DNA of 64,000 nt, taken from Dipteris shenzhenensis. Taxonomy: Eukaryota. The notes below the pieces were generated by a model that was not told the DNA's origin, did not search any database, and saw only the letters and a list, made by a program, of their open reading frames with translations. The translations under genes were made by a program, and so were the position numbers. Shown here one piece after another: positions 13,697 to 27,800 of this stretch (position 1 is the stretch's first letter; each line of letters opens with the position of its first letter). The stretch lies in NCBI GenBank assembly GCA_047967505.1, contig CM106538.1; one strand, given 5' to 3'.

Positions 13697-15720
13697 CAGA
13701 GAAAAGTCCCAGGAGATTCTTCGGTGGGGTGCATTGGTAGGCTTCAGGTGGATCCCGAGTGGCCAGTCGACGAGGTACTTGGGATGCCGTGTGGGCATTG
13801 ACATCTCCGTAGAGCAACAGATAGCCTCGGTCCTCGAGAGCATGAGGCACAAGCTTCTTTCCTCAAGCTCAACCAAACTCTCTCTGGTAGCAGGTAGGGC
13901 CTTGGTGGCTAACCAGGTCCTATTGGCCTTAGCTTGGTACATAGCCTCTTGCTGGTGTTGCATGGGACAGTTGAGACGCTTGGTTCGTAACTTCCTTTGG
14001 GCAGGATCAAATGACATTCGCAATGCTAGTGCTAGAGTTGCGTGGCAGACAGTGATACTACCACAGGCACAGAAGGCTTGGGTATTATAGATCCAGAGAT
14101 GTAGAGCAGAGCCCTATTGGGCAATTTGATAGTCAGGGGTCTCACTTCAGGCATGGAGCCCTAGAAACTTCTCTTGCAGCACGGTCTCTTGAGGAACACC
14201 CCCCACACAAGTGGTCAGTGGCAGTCATCCCACAGGTGGATCTTTCCGGAGGCCCCTCTCACGAGGAAGGGCTCACCCCTAATGAGGAGTCTCTTGAGGG
14301 TCTGGCAATGGATCTCAGGAGGTCTCATCTGAGTCAGCCCCCAGTATGTAAAGGAGTTTGCACGCTAGCCGCTTATCTGGCACCCGAAGGTTAGAGACCA
14401 TGATGGTTTGATGCCAAGGCAGTACCTACACATTGGCTGGGCATAGTGGGACAGCGGCCCCCACACCCTGCGGACATGGTCTAGACTCCCAGTAGAGGCA
14501 GAGGCATGATTGGAGGTCCTTTCTCATCTAAGAGGGGCCAGCCAGAGGATGGTGGAGATAGAGATAGCTATTCTAGACTCTTGGAGGGAGGGACTCCAGG
14601 TTTTCACTCCAACACACTAGCTAGGACAACTGTCTAGGATGGGTGTACCTCTAAGGATGCAGCTGTGCATGTAGTTGCCAACCCCCTTGAGCATGTGGTT
14701 CTATGATGTGGGACCGGGCGGGCTATTGCAGCCCTAGATCACAGGGGATCATGAGATGGACAGGGTGTTAGGCTAGGTGGGTTGGCAAAGGGTTAGAGTA
14801 GTGGGACATTTGGGCAAGGAGTGGTCAATCGACCGTCAATCGACCCTTCTTGCATCATAGAACTAGATGCCCCTCACTGGAGACTATGGTTATGGGAGGG
14901 TCACCCTCTCAGTGAAATATAGTGGGACCCCAGATTGTGGTTATGGCTGATCAGAGTAGGTCTCTCAAAGAGAGTGGAGGAGGTGCCTTTCTTCTCGTGC
15001 ACCACACAGATAGGACGTCGCCTCTAGATGGATGCAATGGCCTAGACCTCTTCATGGGAGGGACACTGGATTGCACAGTAGTGCCCGAGGAGTTTAGATC
15101 CAGATTTTGGGCCTGCCTATGGTCTAGCCTGCGTCCATGGAGGATATCCTATTTCTTCTGTATGGTCACATGGAGGTCTCCTAGTGGGCCCGTGGCTTGA
15201 GCAGATGTGGGTGGATGGTAGCTGCCACAGATGTACAGTCAGAGTTATGGAGACTATTCCTTACTGCTTATGAAGCTGCCTAGTAGCTCAGAGGATCTGG
15301 CTCAGAGCGCTTTAAATTGTGGCATGGCTTCAAAGCACACCGAGAGATTTCACGTGGGGTATGGGAGCTTGGCTTACAGAGGGGGGCCATGCCTTCTCCA
15401 TAGACACGGCCTCGCTAGCTTATCGGATACAAGGTCAGAGCATTCACAGCATTGAGCTTCACTTGGGTACTAACCCCCTTCTCAGCATCCCCCTCAGTCA
15501 AGAGAGGATAGTGTCTAGGAAACGATGGCCAGCATCACAACCTGGAACATCTGGGTGGCCCGTTGCAGTTGGGTCATGGGCCAGCACCATGTTCCTCTGA
15601 CCACTACACTGGTTGCCATTTGGCAGGATATCATTTATACACTACGATCCATTTGGGAGTGTGGCGTTCCAGGTTCTCGAGCTATCGTGATGATAGGTGG
15701 GCACGTTTCTACAAGGCTTG
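13697..15720 (+). mobile_element. L1-clade LINE ORF2, 3' part (degenerate)
   Basis: GFRWIPSGQSTRYLG, GRALVANQVLL and LRRLVRNFLW align closely with the ORF2 at 50448-53150. Many stops downstream. Confidence 0.9.
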
Positions 15721-16096
15721 GCCTGGTCCTCATCCCCCATATACCGCCACTCTTTGTTCCAGTAATTAGCATATCGTACTACATCACTACATCTTCCTCT
15801 ATGGATAAGACTCCAATATTGCACAAATATCTTCATATAATTTGTAGATGCCTTTTTTGTGTCCACATTTGACAATGCAATGCCTAGCCAAATGGGGCAT
15901 ATATCGTCACTTGCCCTAACCAAAATGAAATCATTTTGCTAGAATTTCAAATTTCCTACCTTTTTTTAAACTATGAATCCTTGTGTTTGAAAAGATAAAC
16001 GTGTGAGTGCTTTAGTTTCTCCAAGATGATCAACCTTGGGCTGCCATGATGCATTCCTTGTTAGCCTAGGTAGTGAGCTGGGATCTCTAGCAACAG

Positions 16097-16802
16097 ATGG
16101 GTTTTCTTTTAGCCCATCTAGAGAAACTAAGAACGAGTTGTACTTTCACATTTCCTCATCTGATGCGATCCTTCAGTGAATGCCAAAATTCTCATCCATC
16201 TCCATTTGTAATTCAAGAGATTCCTGATTTCAAAACATTTGTAAAGGGGTACTTGTGTGAAGGAAAAGAGGCTTTAGTGGGACATTCAAAACCATTACAG
16301 TTTCGGTTTTTCATGCGTGATGGTGATCTAGTGTTTCAATATATGATGCATCCAAAATCAGGTCAATTGAAGCCACTAGAAGGTATTCAATTATGGAAAC
16401 ATGATGCAGAAGATAGAGCAATGCTACCATCAGGAATTCCCAATGATGTTCCTATACGAACATACTTGAATGATAAAGATGTTATAATTTTGGGAATTAA
16501 GAAGCATGTGGAATATTGGAGATCTCATCTTGGTAACAACATAGGAGGGGATTCATACTCAAAGTGGATATCACCTATCATTCAATATTGGGAGACATTG
16601 ATTTCTTGCATCACAAAGCCCACTATACAACATGAGAAACTTAGTCATGACTTTTGGCCGAAGAGCCAATGGAAAGATAGCTTGGTTAATGATGGAGTGG
16701 AAGTAGAAGATGATGAGACTATGGGTTTGGAAGACCTAGAGGACCATTATTGTGGCCCTGCATGTAATAAGCCAAGAGAAGAATTTAAACCAGAGGTGGA
16801 TG
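16097..16802 (+). pseudogene. Transposase-like fragment (DUF7869/Sola-like C-terminal region)
   Basis: Open 235-codon stretch with LMRSF..PSPFVIQEIPDFKTFVKGYL..GHSKPLQFRFF, resembling the region after the HEDIDQ-type motif of these proteins. The catalytic core is absent. Family assignment is from memory. Confidence 0.45.
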
Positions 16803-19250
16803 GAAAGAAAACTGACTAATTTGCCCCAGTCCATCCTTGCCCCTGAGGTGGTGTAATAAACCTCAAGAGCCCCCCTGACCGCATCCAAGCTCTCCTTCGA
16901 ACCCTCCACATACAAGGCTGGATCATCTACAAACTCCGAGTCTAGAAGCTCCTCCTCTTGTCTGATTGGTAGCCTCATCCCTCTGAGGCCAACCATCTGC
17001 AACCTCAGGAAATATCCCAACGCCTCTGCGACAAAGAGAAAGAGGAAGGGAGCTAGTGGGCAGCCCTGTCTCATGGAGCAGGTGAGCGGGAAGGCGTCCC
17101 CGGTGAACCCACCAATCAACATCTGACTGGAACTCCCTGCATACAAGGCAGAGACCCCTCTGATCCACCTTTCTGAGAAGCCTAATCTTTGCATCGTGCC
17201 CTCCAAGAAGGACCACTCTACCCGATCATAGGCCTTCTCAAAATCCAGCAGTAAGATCGCAAGGGGCTATGCCTCCTCCCTAGCCCACCAATCCAGCACC
17301 TCCCAAAAGGTGAAGATGTTTTCGAGGATGCTATGCTCCTAAACAAAACTTGTCTACATGTTGTGGATGATGTCGACTAGATGGGGTCATAGCCGCAAAC
17401 TCAAGACCTTGGCTAATATCTTGTATGCAGTGTCTAGCAGAGTGATCGATCTCCACTATCAAATGTCCGAGCGGTTCCCTCCCTTCGTGATCAAACAAAT
17501 CCAGCCTCTACTCAGGGATGGTGGGAGTGCTCTTGAGTCAAAGATCTCTTGAAAGGCCAACCAAATGGGGGTGTGCACAATGGGCCAAAAGCTCTTGAAG
17601 AAAACCAGGGATAGTCCGTCCTCCCCTGGGCACTTATGAGTCAGAAGTGCCCTAAGAGCTTCCCGAAGCTCGTCATCTGTAAAGGGAGAATCCAATTGGC
17701 TACTCATGCCCTGAGAGACCACAGCTAGGACATGCTCCCATACCTCCTCACGGGCTCTCGCACATGGGGGGACTCCTCCTCTGCCTGAAAAAGGTGTCGA
17801 TAGAAATTCGAAGGCAACTCCATAATTTCATGAGGGTCCGAAACCACCCTGCCGCTAGCATCTCTTAATCTCTGCAACTGGGCACCTGCGGACCTAGGCC
17901 TCATGGCCTGAAAGAGCTAGCAGCTCATCCTATCCCCCTGCTATACCCAACGAGCATGAGCTAAATGATAAGAATACTCAGCTCTCCTCAACTCCGTGTC
18001 TTGAAGCTATAGACGTGCACACTCATATTTATTAGAGCAAGCCATTGGGACTCTGTGTCTTGCTCCTTGAGATGCTCAATGAAGGCTAAGTCATGCCTCA
18101 AAGCTTTCTCTCTCTCTTGAAGGTAAAAACGACGGTGGAAGCCTGGGTGCATAGCTCATCACTGCTCCTCTGAATTGCCTGAGCTATCCAAGATGCCCAG
18201 CCACCCTCCGGAGTGTCCTCTAGCTGCTGCACCTTCTCCTCCTACATCAGTGCATTTGGGATGCGAACCCCCTCTGTGGGAACCCTCAACAGGGTTGCTC
18301 CAAATGAAGCACAATCGGTGAGTGGTCTGAGAGGGTAATCCCTACAAGAATGCCAATGGAACCACCTCTATGCATGGCCCAATCATGAACATAGGATAGC
18401 CTCTCAAGCAATCCATCATGCCGACACTAGTCAAAGGAGAAACTAATACTGCCATGGGTCGTGGAGAACTTAGCCTCCCTCCAGGGGTCCCTGCCATAGA
18501 CCAAAAAGATAAACTGCTCCCAAGTACTCTTCTCTACCACGGGCATCTCGAAGAAAGAAGCACCCCCTTGTTTGTCTTCTCCGAACTCAAGATTTTTGAA
18601 GTCCCCTCCAACAATCCACTAGTCTACATCAGGGAGACAATCGGTCAAGTGCCTCCAAAAGGCTAGACGTTGCTATCTACAAGTTGGGGCATACACGTTC
18701 AGGATCCCAATCCTAGAATCTCTTGTCCGTAATCCCATCTAGACTCCTTTGCCTGTAATGTGCTCCCATTGGTCATACACCTTTGATGCAACTGCCTACG
18801 AGACTAAAATGCAAACCCCTCCACTCCTTCCCAATGTAGGAGACCAGATCTCTGGGCCTCTCCCAAGAAGGACATGGTGTCTACGTCTGATGTTCGAGGC
18901 AAAAAACATATGGTCTCTGTAACTCCTGATGAAGTAACATGCTGGGGTTGCTAACATGCCCGATCGTGAAGTCTATGCACTTTCCAACTCACCATGATCT
19001 AGCTCATGGGGAGGTGGAAAGCAAGGCTCTCTTGTGCGAAGGAGCTTGCACTACAACCTCTAACTTTTGTGACTTTGCCAGTGGTTCGAAGGGGGAGTAG
19101 TCCAAATCCACTCGGCGCCGAACTAGTGGTGTAGCTGGCTTGATGCCTACCTTAATGGCCCACTGCATCAAGAAGGAGGCCTCGACTCCAAGCCTATCTA
19201 CGCACTGCTATAGCATCCAATTTGATGCCTGCTTAAGTTGAACCTCACGA
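16803..19250 (-). mobile_element. L1-clade LINE: ORF1 end, endonuclease and RT (degenerate)
   Basis: KCPGEDGLS, LLDFEKAYDRV, RQGCPLAPFLF and SEFVDD. Homologous to 48766-51030. Confidence 0.9.
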
Positions 19251-19269
19251 CCTAGGTGAAGCACACAAA

Positions 19270-22200
19270 CATGGAAGAATTATTCATGCACCAAGAGGGG
19301 CTATGGGACGAAACCACATTGAAGGATGGGCAACACTTTTGCTCTCTCTGCCATAATTGCATTAAAAACTAAAACTTGCCTAAATTTTGCTCTAGGAGGA
19401 CATGCTTTGTGGAAGAGACCAAGTACACTTCCATGCTGAACAAAGTTGAGGAGAGACTCATCTCCATACGAATACCATTCGAGCAAATCCATCAACTAAC
19501 GTATGCAAGGTAGCTTTGCCTACATGGAAGCATCGTAAATGTGTTTGTAGATGTGGAGCATGCCCAAACATTCCTGCCTCAGTTCATCGATGATAGTGAG
19601 ACGATTATAGTTGCAATCAAGCGGCGCATGTGATACAATCACAACTACACTAGTGGCCTGGTGCATCCAAACATTACCATGCATGTGCTGCATGAGTTGT
19701 TGGAAAGCCCACTTTACAAGAAAACAATGTTCAAATTAACTAATTGTTGTTAACACATATAAACAACATGCAAAATACTGAGTGCGAGCAAAGCAACCCT
19801 AGAGACACACGTCAAGATGAGCGTGTTGACGAATGCAACAGCACAGACCCATTGGTTCATGGGATATACACATCCCAGTAGGTAGTCGATTTCGAGGACA
19901 AAACAATTGTAGTTGCCCCTTCAGAGGGGTCCAAACCTCTTAGCGTGTTCTATGACAAGAATTGCAAGGAGTTGGGATTTCCAACACTTTTCTTTGGAAG
20001 CAAGAGGAAGTATAGCACACGCCCAAGGATAAGTTGTCAAGACATTGTGAAATGGGAAATAAAAAACAAGGACCACCAGTTCGCATTCTCCATTGAGAAT
20101 TTGTTCTTCAAGACCATGAAAGTGCTTGTGCGGCAGATTCTTTCCTTGAGCTGAATTCGAATGGCAAAAGTGCAAATGCAAGGAATACACCTCCAAGTAG
20201 AAACCGCACTTGTCGACACAAACATAAAACAACTTCTAAAGTCAAGAATAGGCTATAGGGACTTCGTTTGTTTGCACACATCAGCGAATTACACGCAAAA
20301 ACTCAAAAAAAATCTATTCACCATGCTAAGGCAGCTAGGTCCCCTGACTTTTTTCGTCACTTTCTCGGCAGCAGCAAAAAAGAGGTGGGAACCTCTACTG
20401 TCTTGCTTGCATGAGCTACGTGATGAGATAGCCCAAAAATCAACCACAAATGCTTTGAATGACATGCAACACATGATCAGGTTAGACCTAATCACGACAG
20501 CACAATATTATGCACACAAGTTCCAAGCATTGAAGACACTGATCCACAAGGACGAAACCATAGTAGGCCCAATAAAGGACTACTTCTCCATCATAGAGTT
20601 CCAAAACAAGGAAAGCCAACACGACCATGGGCTGCTAACACACCAAAGCCTTGGCATTGCAATGATAGTGTAATTGCAAATTATGTCGACAACCACATTG
20701 CAACAAACATTTCGAAGTTGCCAACACATCTCCAAAACATTAAAACCCACAACCACAAGAAGACATGCACCAAAAGAGGCAAAAAATGCTGGTTTGGGTT
20801 TCCCGACCACCCATTGGAAAAACATGCATCTTGCAACCATTCCAAAAGGAGCCATTCCAACACATTTACAAAAGAAAATACAAAGCAACCCATGCAATTT
20901 CATTGGTCAAAGAAACAAGGACGATTGATCTCAAAACATTACTCTTGCAACTAAGCATGATGGAGGAAGAGTACATTCTCGCCCTTCAGAGTAGTATTGA
21001 TGAACCAACATTGTTCTTGCAAAGGGAGCCAAAAGACATATACACAAACAACTTCAACACAACAATTTCAAAACTGTAGGAGGCAAATACAGACATTCAG
21101 TTTGTCAACAATCCTCATGGGGCAACATCGTACTGCACATCCTACATTACAAAAATAGATAAAGAAACAAATGAGGCAGTGAAATCAGCAATCGCACAAA
21201 GCATTGAGAACAACGTTCCAGCAAATGAGCACATCTGAAACGTTGGAAAACACAATTTTGAACACGCAACACATAAGCGCTCAACTGGCAATCTACCTTT
21301 GCTTGTCACTGCCTCTGACCAATGCAACAAGAAAATTTACATAAACACAAGCCCGCTCGACAAAAGAAGAAAAGACAGAGTGAACTCTAAAAGCTAGAGC
21401 CAAAAAGCATAGACATATTCTTCGATTCGAAATACATCAAGCGTGGCAATGCCTTGCAAAGCACATGCCTAGCTGCTTTCGTGAGTGAATACAACTATAG
21501 GAACGGCACAACAAAGGAAAGGAAGAGATAAAAAATAATACAATTTAACAACTACAACAAGCACACAAAGCCAGAGGACCACTATAGGGAGCTATGCCTT
21601 CTATACTTGCCATTTCAAGCACACGAGCACTCCCTCGACGGAGATGAATCAACTTGCCATGACAGAGGAAAAATACAACAAATTGAAGATTCTCAAAAAC
21701 ATGCTCGAAAGCAATGACAGCAAAACTCCCAGCTCAACCTCCCAGCTCAACCTCCACAATGTCAGTCGCAACTGCAAGGACATGAAAGTTTGATTTACAT
21801 ATAGAGATGCACACAGCCAAGAACACAAACCCATCGCAACTAAACTACCAGCAACTTGACAAGGTACTACCAAACTCACTGTACTACAAGATGTACCACT
21901 AGGCAAACCATGAGCAGCGGGCAATCGTGCATGACATCCGCTTGAAGAAACGATTGTGTCAGGAGGAAAGAATACACTTGCTCCTGTCTGGCAATGCAGG
22001 TTTTAGCAAAACATTTGCTACCCTGCTTGTTGTGCAAGCACTAAAATACGTGTACTCACACAGGGAGATTAGTGACAGTTAGTTGCCACGTGCACTCTAA
22101 TTGGCATACATTGGGAAAGCAACAAGGGGGATAGGGGGAAGCACAATACGTGCTGCGTTACACCTACCGCTGCTAAGCACGTACACATCACTCTCTGTAG

Positions 22201-22780
22201 GGAAGCTCCAAAACGTCTCCACACAATACAAAAATGTAGAGCTGCTTGTCATTGACAAGATTTCAATGGTTGGGATAAACACTTTTGTCGCAGTGGACAT
22301 GGTCATGCATGAAATAAAACACAACCATGGCAAACCATTTGGGGGAGTCAATGTTCGGTCGACCTTTTCCAAGCAAGCCCAATAAAAGATTCTTGGGTAT
22401 TCTCTCAACAACCGAAACAAACAACAATACTCGGTTCCTATTGGAGAACACACATGCATTACTGTGAGCTGAACAAACCTATGAGACAACAAACTTGACC
22501 TTTCCTTGACCTACTAAACAAAATACGAGTGGGAGAACAAATAGATGAGGACATCTCAACGATAAACAAGTTGTACAACAAAACAATTCCGGGATCAGAA
22601 CATACATCGTGGGTGACTTTAATATCGACTTCCAAAAAAACTCTACAAGAAAAACAAGTATCATAGATTTCATGCGAACAAAAGGGATGACGCAACTCCT
22701 CACAGTACCCACAACTATCCACAAAAGTACCCTAAGACCACATATGGACAAAGGCAAAAAGCCTGGATACAAGGCATAGA
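19270..22780 (+). mobile_element. Decayed Helitron Rep/helicase gene (DUF6570 + HUH Rep + PIF1)
   Basis: LNKVEERLISIRIPFEQI and HGSIVNV (DUF6570-like). GPLTFFVTFSA, IEFQNKESQHDHGLL (HUH), HNHKKTC..C.FGFP, ANTDIQF..SYCTSYITK (Y2). Helicase motifs LSGNAGFSKT, GGSTI, LLVIDKISMVG, PFGGVNV. Many stops and frameshifts. Confidence 0.88.
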
Positions 22781-24102
22781 ACCAAGTTCATGTATTGGTT
22801 CGACCACTCATGCATATACACTATCTTTAGCCTCAACAATAGACAAGAAAAAACATCTGATGATGGACAACAAAAATGAAGACAATGAAGAAGACAAGAC
22901 AGAAAATGAAACAAACATTTCAACACACCATAAAGACCTCCAAGGCAGGCCATTTGAACAAAGTTCAACCTTGTCTTTTTGCTAAAAGCATGTGCCTTTT
23001 ATGGAGAAAACAATACATCCATCTTATAAAAAATATAGCTAGCGTCGCTTGCCTTTGATAGGAAATACAACGCATCCATCTTAGTTAGCTTTTTGCCTTG
23101 TCATAAGTGCTAAAAATATTTTGCGATATAGTTAGCTTTGATTGCTTTCTTACTGCCTTTCATATAGAATACAACACATCCATCTTAGTTAGCTTTTTGC
23201 TTTGTCATGAGTCCTAAAAATATTTTGGGAGGCAGTACCCACACACACTTGTGAGCTCTTCATAGTGTCCCCTCTATTAGTCCCTCTGGCTCACCTCCTC
23301 CCCCCTTTATACATCTCCCCCTTGGTTTAATCATGCACTTGCCATCTTCCTTTTCACCCATCTTCCTTTTCTCCATGACTAATAGTCCCCTAACTAATGT
23401 GTTTTTTGAATTTTCATTGGCAATGGCTCCTAGATGTTTAAAAAATCATAATTCACTATGTTTAACTTTGAATCAAGCATCACTCATCAAATAGAGAGAT
23501 AAAATTCCAAAGAAGATTGTTCAATGAAGCAAATATTAGATATTGAATGAAGCATTTTTTCTAAAATCATTGTGTTAACGAGAGTCCAAGTCAACAGTGT
23601 GTATACCTTTGTCTTTTCTACATTTACACAATGGAATACAATCATCAAAGTGTTAGCTCATGTTGATTACACGTCTTTATCCTGCAAGATTTGCTTGTAG
23701 GTTTTCTTAGTTTCTTCCTTACTCTTGTGCTCTCTTCCCCCTTCCCCCCTTCATTTGTAAAAAAAGTCCTCACTACCCCCTCCACTAGCTCCCTTGTCAT
23801 TATGCCATTTTTGCTCTTGCTAATGCTATTTCAACTTTTGACTCTTCAAAAACTAGGCACATGTTGGTCCATTTGATTTGACATTTTTGGAGATTGTTGC
23901 AAGAGTCTTAGTTTTTTAAATTCCAAGACATGGAACGGATTGGAACAGCCTCAAATTCCTTATATGTTGTTGTTATGGAAGGAGAGAGAGTACGAAGAGT
24001 ACCTTGATCCTAGTTCCTTCAATGAATTGGCAACAAGGTGCATATATTTTTTAACGGCACACGCAACTCGACCCCCATATCATGGAATTCCATCCACAAT
24101 GA

Positions 24103-24796
24103 TGTAAGAAAATAGTACGCAGCGGAAGATAACAACAAAACGCAAGTACACGATGGAAAGCTGGAGAGAATACAAAAAATTCTGATATACCAAACTGCTG
24201 ATACAACTGATGGTTGGCTGTCCACCCGTGCGCTCTACAGACAGAGCTTCGATGGTGATCTAGACAGATGCTGGACGGAGGACTATGAGCGTGAAGAACT
24301 GGTGATCTGATGATAGGGGGTGGCCACTTATATAGTGTAAGTGGTTGACGGTCGGCCTTGTAATAGGCAGTCGGCCTAATAGACAGTCGGCCTGGAAGAC
24401 CAACCGACCCTTCAGAAAACATGCCGTCGGGCAGATGAAGGATCGCGCATAGGTCATACCGTCGGGCCTGGGGCTACCGGCAGCCCCCGGACCCTGCCGC
24501 TGGGGGCTTTGCCCCCAGACCCCCACCGGGGGCCTGCGCCCCCCCGGACCCCCTGCTATCGGGGGGGCTATCGCCCCCCCGAACCCCCTTTGTGCAGACG
24601 GGTATCTACTCTTGGCTCCTAAGCCGTCTCATAACCATCTGGTCTACTCTAAGACCCCTTCCAGTGTCTAAACTGGGGATCCCTCCCAATATCTGATACC
24701 CATCATGGCTTCTCCTCATATGGGGGCCTTACAACATTGGGTACACAGAATATTGGTGGGTTACATGAGAGGTGGACATTTGAGCTAACTCTAACA
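24103..24796 (-). repeat. 3' LTR of the young copia element
   Basis: Direct repeat of 28915-29608, adjacent to the polypurine tract. Confidence 0.97.
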
Positions 24797-24825
24797 CCCC
24801 CCCTCAATGTTCACCCGAAGATGAA

Positions 24826-27800
24826 CTACGTGTTCGGACCAATGCCGAGTCGATGTAGATGCCGCAACAATAAATCACTCCCAAGAGCCTTCGTGAAGAT
24901 GTCTGCGCAATTGTCCTCTGTGGGACAATACTCCAGCTCTATGACTCCATCCTCGATGAGCTCTCGTACGTAGTGATACTGGATCTCTATGTGCTTTGTA
25001 CGAGCATGGAACACAGGATTCTTTGCAATGGCCATGCAACTCTGATTGTCGCATTTTAGAGCCGTCGCATCTTCGATTGGAACTCCTATGTCTTGCAAGA
25101 TCCTCCTTAGCCAAACTGCTTCACAAGCAGCAATGCATGCTGCCTTGTACTCAGCTTCCGTCGAAGATAGTGCCACTGTTGGTTGCTTCTTGCTAATCCA
25201 AGAGAACACTCCTGAACCAAGTGAAAAACAATATCCAGAAACTGACTTTCTAGAATCACAATCTCCCGCCCAATCTGAGTCACAGTAACCCGCCAAGGTC
25301 TTCCCTGCTCTGTAGGTAATGCCATACTCCAGTGTACCTTTCACGTACTTTAGCACACGCATCCCTGCTTTCCAATGGTTCTCTCGAGGTTGATTTGAGA
25401 ACCTACTAAGTACACCAACTGCAAAGCTGATATCAGGTCTAGTGTTGCACAGAAAAATGAGACTCCCCACAAGTTTCCTATACTCCTTGATGTCGACAAG
25501 TGGTGATGCATCCTCCACTGAGAGCTTACCATTCACCTCCATGGGAGAGACCACGTCCTTACACTCGGTCATACCGAATGCCTTCAAGATCTCGCGAGCT
25601 TTGCTGAGAGATGAAAATCCTGCCAGGTTTTTGCCAAACCTCAATGCCGAGGCAAAAGTGCATGAGCCCCAAATCTGTCATCTCAAACTCAGAACTCAAC
25701 GACTCCCTCAACTGTTGCAGCATCTTCTCATGATCTCCTGTGATGATCAAGTCATCCACGTAAAGGACTATTACCACATACTTGCCATCCTGCTTACAAA
25801 CATACAGGTTAGCATCAGAAGCACTTTTTGAGAAACCAATAGATATGAGAAAGCTATCAATCCGTTGGTACCATGCCCTTGGGGCCTGTTTCAGCCCGTA
25901 CAATGCCTTCTTTAGTTTGCAAACCTTGTTCTCTGAATTGGGCACCTCAAATCCTGGTGGCTGGAACACATATACCTCCTCCTTGAGATGTCCATTCAAG
26001 AACGCAGATTTCACGTCCATTTGAAACACCGGCCACTGCTTATGAGCAGCCAAGGCAAGTACCACCAGAATAGTTGTCATCCTTGCTGTAGGAGCAAAGG
26101 AATCCTCAAAATCAAAGCCTTCAACTTGAGAGTATCCTTGTGCAACAAGCCTAGCCTTGTACTTTTCCAAAGATCCATCAGATTTGTACTTGGCCTTCCA
26201 TACCCATTTGGTACCAATGATCTTCCTTTTTTCTGGACGATCAACCAAGTCCCAAGTCTGATTCTTCATGATGCTGTCATACTCCTCTTGCATGGCAGCT
26301 TTCCAATTTGGATCCGCCATTGCCTCATCCAAATTCGTAGGCTCTTGAACTTTCATAATCTCAGCCATCAAGGCCATATTGACTATGTGTTCAGAAGCCC
26401 TTTTCTGCTCCTCTATCCTCTTTGATCGTCGAAGTCCATCTGCAGATGACTCCGCCAAGTCTGGAACCGGATTCTTCTCATCAAAGAGCTGCCTTGCCCA
26501 CTTTGGAAGTGGCTTACCTTGTGGAGCCAAGGCATGTTGTGGTGTTGGTGGAGTTTGTTCCTCGAAGTACTCCTCCTCATTCTGCAACTCTGCTTTAGAT
26601 ACGGGCACAAGGTGAGTTACTTTTACGGCTGATGATAAAGTGGAAGGGCATACCTCCTCCTCCACTGTATGTGGCTGTTCCCAAAACACCACATCACGAC
26701 TGACCACGATCTTCTTTGCCTCTGGATCATATAGCCGGTACGCCTTTGACTCCTGGCTATAGCCCATGAAGATACACTTTCTGCTCTTTGGATCTAATTT
26801 CTTTCTGGTGCTATCTGGAACATGAACAAAACACTCACATCCAAATGTTCTGAAATGAGAAGCGGAAGGCTTCTTACCTGAGTAAGCCTCCAAAGGTGTT
26901 TTGCCCGTCAAGGCCTTTGTGAAGCTTCGATTGAGGATGTAGACTGCTGTATTGACTGCCTCAGCCCAAAAAGACTTAGGCAATCCTTTACCTAGTGCCA
27001 TGCATCGTGCCATCTCCATGGTAGTACGATTGCGACGCTCTACAACACCATTTTGTTGCGGAGTATGTGCAGTCGTGAGTTGGCGCTTAATGCCATTCTC
27101 GTGCAAGTATGTGTCGAACTCTTTTGACAGGAACTCTCCTCCTCGATCCGTGCGAAGCTTCTTTACCTTCAGCCCGCTTTCGTTTTCCACCATCTTTTGC
27201 CACTGTTTGAATTTTCCAAGAGCTTCAGCCTTATCTCGTAAAAAATACACCCACATGTATCTACTGTAGTCGTCGACGATAAGCATATAGTAGTTACATC
27301 CCCCCAAAGCTTGAGTTGGAGCTTTCCCACTGAGATCAGCATGAACCAATTGTAGAGGAGCCTTTGCCCGATAGCCGCTCTCGTGTGGAAAAGCCTTCCT
27401 TTGTTGCTTGCCCATCATACAAGCTTCACAAGGTTCCTGCACCTTTGAGAGTGCAGGCAAGTGTGCAACCATCCCTGTTTTCTGCATTTCCAAAAGAATA
27501 GGATAACTAAGATGACCAAATCTTTCATGCCATACCTTACTGATGCCCACTCCTGAAGAGACTGTTAGTGCCGTCAGCTCGTAGAGATTGTTCTTCCTTA
27601 CTGCCTTGCCGACCACCTTGCCCGCTGCATTAAGGATTTCTGCTCCGGTCCTCTTGAAACGCACCTCCAAGTTGCAATCAGTTATCGCAGCAACCGAAAG
27701 CAAGTTCTTCTTTAGCTGAGGAACTAGTAATACATCAGAAAGCTCTTTAGTTTCACCCTCTTGAATGGAAAGAGAGATAGTACCTGTACCTTCCACAGGG

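Noticed and set aside
23063-23230. Duplicated unit of about 60 bp (similar short duplications at 5666-5725 and 13134/13283)
   Set aside because: Only two imperfect copies each. Ordinary local duplications, not CRISPR-like arrays.
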